A stretch of DNA of 64,000 nt from a virus, in IMG/VR virus record IMGVR_UViG_3300023174_000075, positions 32,001 through 96,000 of that record, one strand, 5' to 3'. The position numbers and the translations under genes are program-made. The notes under the pieces were generated by a model that was not told where the DNA came from, searched no databases, and saw only the letters and a program-made list of their open reading frames with translations. Positions 57,951 through 64,000 of this stretch are shown here, in pieces (position 1 is the first letter of the stretch; every line of letters starts with the position of its first letter).

Positions 57951-58238
57951 TTATATTGTTTTATTTGTTTCTATTTTTAATCCGTAATTCATATCAAACA
58001 TAGCCATTTGTCTACTAGCGTATGATTTAAGTAGGTGTTTTTGTTTCTTAAGATATTTGGTCCCCCATTCTCGCCATTCCTTATTTTGTTCTTCAGTCAT
58101 TGTCCATTGCTGATACCAATTATCAGTTCGACCTTTAATATCTTCGAATGTAACGTTGTGACCTGCTATTTCAAACATTTTGTTGAGCATTGTTTCAACA
58201 ATAATTTCGTCTTTACTTTTCTTCATTTTAATCGTCAT
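57951..58238 (-). CDS. Hypothetical protein
   Basis: 95-aa ORF; MFEIAGH. Confidence 0.7.
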   Translation of the reverse strand: MTIKMKKSKDEIIVETMLNKMFEIAGHNVTFEDIKGRTDNWYQQWTMTEEQNKEWREWGTKYLKKQKHLLKSYASRQMAMFDMNYGLKIETNKTI

Positions 58239-58313
58239 TTAAAAATTTATCCAGTATCTTACCTACACCCCACTTTAATATTTCCCACCAAACAATTGTT
58301 AATAGTATGTATA

Positions 58314-58487
58314 TCATTGTTTTATTTTAGATGTTTGAGCTTTCTCTGCTGCTTGCCACTCCTCCTCTGTCATCTTTCCTGTCTTCTTTTCGATGATATC
58401 TTCACATAGGTTCGTTATACCTTCTAGTTCTGGGTAGTCAGGGAGCGCTTTAACACTTTCCATAAATTCATCAAATTCTTTACTCAT
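58314..58487 (-). CDS. Hypothetical protein (57 aa, not in ORF track)
   Basis: MSKEFDEFMESVKALPDYPELEG... Confidence 0.55.
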   Translation of the reverse strand: MSKEFDEFMESVKALPDYPELEGITNLCEDIIEKKTGKMTEEEWQAAEKAQTSKIKQ

Positions 58488-58526
58488 AACATAATATTAA
58501 GGAGGGGCTTTTGCCCCTCCAATTTT

Positions 58527-59327
58527 TTAAGCTTCTACTAAATATGAACCTGCTAATTCAAACAATTGCTCATTCAATTCAATATCCTTCTGGAATGATG
58601 TTACTGAACGTGCTTTACGTTGTTTACGTCCGTAGCTATAGCTACCACCTAATACTTTCTCTTGTACTCTATTAAACACAGCCCATAAATCATTACCTTG
58701 ATCTTCAGTACGAGTCGCTTCAAGTAATTCCATAACATTAACTGTTGCTTTACTACGTAATGATACTGCTTTGTAAGCAAAATCAGTCATTTGGGCTTCA
58801 GTTAGCTTTGTTGATTTAAACAGATTAATCTTCTGCACCAGACCTGGTAACTTCTCAATTACCTCGTTTACTTTCGCCTGTAACGATTCAAATGTATAAT
58901 TCATATGGCGGATACTCACATTACTAAAATCAGCATCACTAATAACCAATCCATTACTACACACAAGACGGAATATACCTACTCTAAAGTTAAATGCTGC
59001 TTTACCATCATGGCTATTTGTTAATAGGATTTGTGGAAACGCATCATCACCATTTTTACCTTTGATCTGAATGTCTGGGTGTCTAAATACGACAATGTGT
59101 TTTTGAAATCCTTTAAATTTCTTAGATTTAACTTCTTGTGCTTTAGTTACCTGCCAACCTAGAGCCATTAAATCCTCTACCACACGTGATGTTGGTGTTT
59201 GGATATATTTGTCTGTTAAGTGAGCTGCTTTTTCAGTAGTGAATACTGATGGAGCCATCATTTTGATTTGATCCAGCGAATATGAATTGCCGGTCATCAT
59301 AGCATCTGTGTTTAATTCTTGATTCAT
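58527..59327 (-). CDS. DUF932/DUF945-family protein
   Basis: ILLTNSHDGK..F...GIFRLVCSNGLV; DLWAVFNRVQE. Confidence 0.88.
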   Translation of the reverse strand: MNQELNTDAMMTGNSYSLDQIKMMAPSVFTTEKAAHLTDKYIQTPTSRVVEDLMALGWQVTKAQEVKSKKFKGFQKHIVVFRHPDIQIKGKNGDDAFPQILLTNSHDGKAAFNFRVGIFRLVCSNGLVISDADFSNVSIRHMNYTFESLQAKVNEVIEKLPGLVQKINLFKSTKLTEAQMTDFAYKAVSLRSKATVNVMELLEATRTEDQGNDLWAVFNRVQEKVLGGSYSYGRKQRKARSVTSFQKDIELNEQLFELAGSYLVEA

Positions 59328-59413
59328 AACTTATCGTTTTTGGTTTTTAATTTTTTAACACGATGAAGATACAACCTAGATTTTGCCTCCCAAAGCTACC
59401 TTACAAATAAGAT

Positions 59414-60754
59414 TTAAAATTCTAATATACCAATATCTGGTGGATTAGAAACTATCTTATTATTAAAATCCTTTATAAGACCAACATTTACACCTTTATT
59501 AATTGCGGGTGATGTAGCTGTTAAATTATAATTCCAATTTAAAGGATTTACATCCAATGTGTTCATCCAAATAACACCTGATGTAGCAATTTCTGTACTA
59601 CCTAATGTAAAGTTTGTTACACTACTACCTGATAGTTTATATATATTATTTGTGTGTGTTAAGTTAATACCAGTAAATTGTCCACTACGTGTTACAGATG
59701 ATCCATTATTAATTTGAATTATATTATTTTTAAGAACTATAATTCCTGTAGTAGCATCAGATGTTGCCATAGAAAACATAATACCACTACTACCAACAGG
59801 ATTTGGATTAGGAACAGTTTGTACCATTACATTATTATAAAACTGTAAGTTAGTCACTTTAGTTTTATATTGGCCATTATTATTTATATAAACCGCAGTA
59901 GTATTATTAATAATCTTATTATAAGCAATAACATTATTCATCTGTGGATAATTAGCTACACCATCTGAATTAGAACCAAATTCAAATGTTCCATTACAAT
60001 CATAAAATGTATTATACATAATAACATTATTCATAACTGTATCACCTTCTTCAAAAAACTCTACACCACCACCATCACGTCCATAATCATAGCTCATACA
60101 CCAACAATCATGTAAATAATTATTTGTGAATGTATTGTTACGGCTTGAAATTTGAACAGGAACTCCACCATAATCATTGTCTGGATTTGTAGTGTCATTT
60201 ACAATCATTCTTAAATTACCTATATTACAACTATCTATTGTTTGTGCTCTAGATGATGCTGTGATATAAACACCATATCCAATTCTATCCATAGTACATT
60301 TTCTAATAATAGTGCTTGTAGATGAACTTTCAATTGTAAATACAATTTGGATTTTAGCTTGAGTATATCTATTAGTAAACGATATAGTTGTATCCGATAT
60401 ATTCCAACCATAAAACCTAACATTAGTACATCCTCTTAATATGACTAAACTACCAATTGTAGTTCCAGTACCCCAAAACAATGGATTAGCTCCTACTCCG
60501 TAAACACCAAAATAAACATTTGATTTGCTTTGCAATGTTAATGTACCAGTGAATTTAGAACCTTTAGCAAATAATACAGAGTCGCCATTAGTTACATTAC
60601 TCTGTACCTTAGAAAGTGTTTGCCATGGTGTAGCTGGATTTTGTGCTTGTGTAGTAGTGTAAGTATCGCTTCCTGATTGGTTTATGTAGAATTTTCTTGC
60701 TTGCGCTGTGAACATTGTAACGATTAACGTAAACAGCAGAACTAGTTTTTTCAT
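59414..60754 (-). CDS. Secreted right-handed parallel beta-helix protein (polysaccharide lyase-like)
   Basis: Signal peptide ..TAQA; PWQTL, GDSVLFAKG, Asn-ladder repeats, SPAINKG...PDIG..E. Confidence 0.8.
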   Translation of the reverse strand: MKKLVLLFTLIVTMFTAQARKFYINQSGSDTYTTTQAQNPATPWQTLSKVQSNVTNGDSVLFAKGSKFTGTLTLQSKSNVYFGVYGVGANPLFWGTGTTIGSLVILRGCTNVRFYGWNISDTTISFTNRYTQAKIQIVFTIESSSTSTIIRKCTMDRIGYGVYITASSRAQTIDSCNIGNLRMIVNDTTNPDNDYGGVPVQISSRNNTFTNNYLHDCWCMSYDYGRDGGGVEFFEEGDTVMNNVIMYNTFYDCNGTFEFGSNSDGVANYPQMNNVIAYNKIINNTTAVYINNNGQYKTKVTNLQFYNNVMVQTVPNPNPVGSSGIMFSMATSDATTGIIVLKNNIIQINNGSSVTRSGQFTGINLTHTNNIYKLSGSSVTNFTLGSTEIATSGVIWMNTLDVNPLNWNYNLTATSPAINKGVNVGLIKDFNNKIVSNPPDIGILEF

Positions 60755-60788
60755 TAATGGTTGTTTTAATTACAAACATAAATATGAT

Positions 60789-60814
60789 AAAAAAAGCCCT
60801 CAAAATGAGGGCTT
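60789..60814 (-). terminator. Intrinsic terminator
   Basis: AAGCCCTCA-TTT-TGAGGGCTT followed by a T-run. Confidence 0.7.
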
Positions 60815-60840
60815 AATACGTAAATTAAAAGTAATTCAAA

Positions 60841-61002
60841 TTACTTATTCTTGATAAGTGACCATACAGCACCAACTGCTGTGATAACTGCTCCAATTAC
60901 TTCGTTAGTTACAGCTTCTGTAGCTATACCTTTAACAATAAGAATACCACCTACGAATGTTAATGCGTGGCGGATAATGCCTAATACTTGTTCTTTGTTC
61001 AT
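60841..61002 (-). CDS. Small two-TM putative holin (Pam3-gp28-like; not in ORF track)
   Basis: MNKEQVLGIIRHALTFVGGILIVKG...GAVWSLIKNK*. Confidence 0.7.
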   Translation of the reverse strand: MNKEQVLGIIRHALTFVGGILIVKGIATEAVTNEVIGAVITAVGAVWSLIKNK

Positions 61003-61058
61003 AATATAAAGTTTTTAATTATACCAATACATATTTGAAAGATATAAAAGAACGCGAT

Positions 61059-61109
61059 TTAGTTACTTAGTGGTGCTTTGATTGCTGGGTGTAATTGATA
61101 GTTTTCTAA
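61059..61109 (-). pseudogene. thyA: Orphan 3' end of thymidylate synthase
   Basis: Translates LENYQLHPAIKAPLSN*, the typical ThyA C-terminus; no start codon, in-frame stop upstream. Confidence 0.65.
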
Positions 61110-61133
61110 TTTATTTGTTATATGTTTTATTTA

Positions 61134-61331
61134 TTAATTTAAAATGCTATATTTGGCGTATATTATTGCTTCGCTGTACCGTTCCATTTCATCTGTTGTA
61201 TTAGGTGGGAATACTTCATCAACGGCTGCTACTAATTTTTCATTATCGATAGTGCCTTTTAATACCATAGTTTTAACCATTGCTTCAATGGCCATACATC
61301 TAAGATACATCATTTCTTCTGATACTTTCAT
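61134..61331 (-). CDS. Hypothetical protein
   Basis: Start MKVSEEMM downstream of the promoter element. Confidence 0.65.
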   Translation of the reverse strand: MKVSEEMMYLRCMAIEAMVKTMVLKGTIDNEKLVAAVDEVFPPNTTDEMERYSEAIIYAKYSILN

Positions 61332-61435
61332 AATTTTTGGTTTTTGGTTCCCAATAAATATAAGATAACTATTTTGCCTTCTTATTCCCGTTTGTAAAAA
61401 ACCACCCAAATTCCTTATTGAACCATAGTTCAAGT

Positions 61436-61642
61436 CTAATTAGCGTCTTCTTGATCATACATTTTCTTTATTGTTTCATAATATTGTTCACGTAATCGTC
61501 TTACAGCACCATCAGCACTTGCTAACCCAAAATTAAACATATCAGGTTCTGGGTGTTCCATTTCTTTTATTGCCTTAATAATATCTTCGAATATCCCAAA
61601 GTCGAAGTATTTGTCATTTAGCATTTTGTACTTGTTTTCCAT
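61436..61642 (-). CDS. Hypothetical protein
   Basis: 68-aa ORF. Confidence 0.65.
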   Translation of the reverse strand: MENKYKMLNDKYFDFGIFEDIIKAIKEMEHPEPDMFNFGLASADGAVRRLREQYYETIKKMYDQEDAN

Positions 61643-61870
61643 TTAGAATCGTTTTGATATGTTAATAATATATTCTTCTTCTTCGCGTGTTAGTCGCCAT
61701 GCTTGACCCATTAATTTTTTACAAGCTAAACTAAAGTCATCTGTGTGATCATTTATTAGTGGTTTAGGTATGTAACCATCATCATAAAGGTCATCTACTA
61801 ATTGTTGTTTTTCTCTTTTGGACATTTCCCATAATACATCGTCTATATCGATGTCAACGTTAATATTCAT
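61643..61870 (-). CDS. Hypothetical protein
   Basis: 75-aa ORF. Confidence 0.65.
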   Translation of the reverse strand: MNINVDIDIDDVLWEMSKREKQQLVDDLYDDGYIPKPLINDHTDDFSLACKKLMGQAWRLTREEEEYIINISKRF

Positions 61871-61882
61871 AGTTTATATTTT

Positions 61883-62080
61883 TTATTTTTTAAACCAATT
61901 ATATCCTTCCCCAGGACGTAGTTTTGCTTTGGGTTTTTCTATCATTTTTGCTTTGCGGCCACGTGGTCTACCTGTTTTTTCATCTTCATCAGGCCACTTA
62001 GTGTCAGTTACTTGTTTATAGAATTGTTTTAGTACGCGTGCGCGGTACTCAGGATCTTGTTTTGGATAAACTGCTGTCAT
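61883..62080 (-). CDS. Small basic protein with AT-hook-like GRPRGRK
   Basis: Own promoter element. Confidence 0.65.
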   Translation of the reverse strand: MTAVYPKQDPEYRARVLKQFYKQVTDTKWPDEDEKTGRPRGRKAKMIEKPKAKLRPGEGYNWFKK

Positions 62081-62121
62081 AACTTTTTATTTAATTAAAT
62101 ATACGAAAACAATTTTGCCTT

Positions 62122-62151
62122 CAAAAAAAAGGAGAACTAATGTTCTCCCTT
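62122..62151 (-). terminator. Intrinsic terminator
   Basis: GGAGAAC-ATTA-GTTCTCC followed by T8. Confidence 0.75.
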
Positions 62152-62154
62152 TAA

Positions 62155-62286
62155 TTAAATTATTCCATTACACTTAGCAATGCTTTCACCTTTATATCGA
62201 ATGCCCTTATGGAGCATGATTAGTAACTTTCTTTGTATGTGTTTTCTTCTAATTTTTCTTCGTAAATTATTTTTTGTTTTTTTCAT
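62155..62286 (-). CDS. Small highly basic peptide (43 aa)
   Basis: MKKTKNNLRRKIRRKHIQRKLL...; lies between ATATTTAT and a terminator. Confidence 0.45.
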   Translation of the reverse strand: MKKTKNNLRRKIRRKHIQRKLLIMLHKGIRYKGESIAKCNGII

Positions 62287-62311
62287 CAAGGATAAATATA
62301 TAGAAGGGTTA

Positions 62312-62527
62312 CTAAATATAATCTAAAATTATTTCTTTATTATGACTAAGATGTTTTAGTGCTCTGAATTTAGCTTCATCATCTAGTGGTTTAGCTTCTT
62401 TATAGTCACTACTCCATACTAATTCACCACCATACATCATTCCACAATAGTATTCTAAATCAGAATTCATAACAATAAACCATTCACGTTTATCGTCTTT
62501 TTGCTTTATGCGTTTTGATTTTTCCAT
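62312..62527 (-). CDS. Hypothetical protein
   Basis: 71-aa ORF. Confidence 0.65.
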   Translation of the reverse strand: MEKSKRIKQKDDKREWFIVMNSDLEYYCGMMYGGELVWSSDYKEAKPLDDEAKFRALKHLSHNKEIILDYI

Positions 62528-63300
62528 GTATCAAATGTTATTTTATCATCATTAATAATCATGTATTGACCACTGGTACCTAAACAATCAATTAGGTAAT
62601 ATCTCTCACCTGTGGATAATCCTTTAGTATCAATTTCTTTCACTTCAGTATGACCAAATACTTGTATTACTTGTTTACGTAACGTATTATGATTAACCTT
62701 AAATAATGATCTAGGTCTAATCCACATTGGTGATTGTTCTATATTATCACCTGATGGGTCTAAGTAATATGATAATTTTAAATTACACGCCATTCCAAAT
62801 TCAAATGTTTTAGGTTTGTATTTGAATAATTTATTTAGGTCAGTAGCTATATTTTCTACTTTCCATTCTCCTTCACCAAACACACTATCCATAAATACAC
62901 TACTTACACCAGCATGTGTGAATAAGAACTCACCCATCTGATAAGCCATCTGTAAATGGTTTCTATTCTCATCTACTACTTGGGTAATGTTAGGTGCTAT
63001 TCCATGTTGGTATCCTGATGTGCCTGTATTACCTATCTCTGGGAAGTAGTGATGGTCATGATTGCCAATTAATAATATAACATCGGTTTTATGTTCTTCT
63101 AAGGTATCTTCTCTTGAAAATGATGTTTCCTTATATTCAATTATCTCTTTGAAATTATGTAATTGTTCTAATCCACTAATATCAAATGAATCAAAATAAT
63201 CACCCAAGAATATAACTCGATCAGGTTGTTCCTGATTAACTATCAACTTCCAAACTGAGCGACCATGAATGTCTCCTATAACTATTGTTTTCATTTCCAA
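62506..63300 (-). CDS. Calcineurin-like metallophosphoesterase
   Basis: GDIHG, GDYFD, GNHD, THAG, FGHT. Confidence 0.92.
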   Translation of the reverse strand: MEMKTIVIGDIHGRSVWKLIVNQEQPDRVIFLGDYFDSFDISGLEQLHNFKEIIEYKETSFSREDTLEEHKTDVILLIGNHDHHYFPEIGNTGTSGYQHGIAPNITQVVDENRNHLQMAYQMGEFLFTHAGVSSVFMDSVFGEGEWKVENIATDLNKLFKYKPKTFEFGMACNLKLSYYLDPSGDNIEQSPMWIRPRSLFKVNHNTLRKQVIQVFGHTEVKEIDTKGLSTGERYYLIDCLGTSGQYMIINDDKITFDTWKNQNA

Positions 63301-63629
63301 AATAATTGTACTAATATAATTAGTGTTCCTAAAAATAAACAGATTCCTGTTTTTGTTGTGAATGGTTCTCTAAATAAGAAATAAGACATTCCTGAGAATA
63401 CTATTACTCCTAATCCAAAGCCAAGTAAACGTGATGGCCATATTTGGCCATCAAATGCCTCTACGAAATTCTTTACTGATTTCATAAACATGAATGAAAT
63501 GGGAATACCCATTAACACAGTAAACCACATATGGTCTTTTAACCATTGGTATTTCAATTGACCTTGTAGTTGTAAGAATGTAGTTACTTGAGCCGCTAAC
63601 CCCCATAATATCCCCCAAAATATATTCAT
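63291..63629 (-). CDS. Four-TM small membrane protein (DMT/SMR-like)
   Basis: Four hydrophobic helices; LFREP. Confidence 0.7.
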   Translation of the reverse strand: MNIFWGILWGLAAQVTTFLQLQGQLKYQWLKDHMWFTVLMGIPISFMFMKSVKNFVEAFDGQIWPSRLLGFGLGVIVFSGMSYFLFREPFTTKTGICLFLGTLIILVQLFWK

Positions 63630-64000
63630 TTAAAATAATTTTTAATATACGATAAGGTATATTGCATTTCGCTTGTTAATAATGAAATTAGATTAGTGTG
63701 TGAATTGTGATCACCACAAATACCTAACATATGTAAAATTGTATCCATAACTATATTTTGTCTTCAGTGTGAAATTTATCATCATCCCAATTTAAAAGAT
63801 CTTCTCCTTTATATTCTGGGTGATCATCATTCATGTTATCTATACCTGTAATCCATACCCAACTTATAATAATTGTTGATACAAGTATTCCAATAAAAAA
63901 ATAAATCATAATTTATACTAAATTAGCTTTTTCTGGTCGTTTCTTGATATAATCTTGTTTAACTGTATTGTATAGGCACATTAAATCACCATCACACTCT

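Larger units (their letters stand above)
44790..62119 (-). repeat. Dispersed promoter-like element GGCA-N12-TA(T/C)ATTCAC(GTTAACCAAAAA), about 27 copies
   Basis: Examples at 44790-44814, 47130, 47450, 47627, 48600, 48801, 49495, 50090, 50934, 51282, 51520, 51824, 52136, 52783, 53110, 53343, 54684, 56516, 57635, 59364 and 62095, each just upstream of a gene start. Confidence 0.85.
1275..62299 (-). promoter_or_regulatory. Dispersed late-promoter candidate ATATTTAT (sense strand), about 20 intergenic copies
   Basis: Plus-strand ATAAATAT at approx. 1275, 3346, 6278, 6844, 7512, 12262, 19885, 23129, 28051, 36368, 39013, 42485, 43837, 44522, 46470, 53824, 55156, 60778 and 62292, about 5-35 nt upstream of start codons. 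Confidence 0.75.

Noticed and set aside
2347-62021. All plus-strand ORFs in the track (e.g. 11670..12275, 13323..13697, 24397..24750, 48909..49364, 50193..50393)
   Set aside because: Nearly all are antisense to well-supported minus-strand genes, with Ser/Phe/Leu-rich shadow composition and no recognisable motifs.
1-64000. Stop-codon reassignment and tRNA genes
   Set aside because: Long genes are intact in code 11 with TAA, TAG and TGA all used as stops, and no tRNA cloverleaf or T-loop signature was found in intergenic gaps.

Overview
This window is 64 kb of a large, AT-rich, T4-like (myovirus-type) bacteriophage genome. The host is probably Bacteroidota, inferred from A-rich leaders without Shine-Dalgarno sites, TTTG..TAnnTT-type promoters and a secreted beta-helix protein. 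Essentially all real genes are on the minus strand and use the standard code. In transcription order (right to left) there are four blocks. (1) About 64-44 kb: small early/accessory genes, most with their own copy of a GGCA-N12-TATATTCAC promoter-like element; this block includes DUF932, a RadA-like ATPase, a metallophosphoesterase, AT-hook proteins and HNH/T5orf172 nucleases. (2) About 43-25 kb: a gp55-like late sigma factor followed by a baseplate/tail cluster (gp5-, gp25- and gp6-like proteins, a 1735-aa protein and an LRR protein). (3) About 25-23 kb: a GIY-YIG nuclease, primase and exonuclease. (4) About 23-1.3 kb: proteins sharing an N-terminal 'MIKLxxIL-x-E' leader and internal (I/L)-x-E junctions, probably capsid-packaged and protease-processed cargo, followed by the terminase large subunit, which runs off the left edge and is absent from the ORF track. 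Late genes are preceded by ATATTTAT. Highlights are the candidate capsid-targeting/polyprotein cargo system, the one-promoter-per-gene cassette array, a homing endonuclease cassette that appears to have replaced its target gene's 3' end, an orphan thyA 3' end, and an [S/T]-[G/A/S]-S tripeptide enriched in virion proteins. No tRNA, rRNA or CRISPR array was seen. All assignments come from motif reading only; no searches were run.
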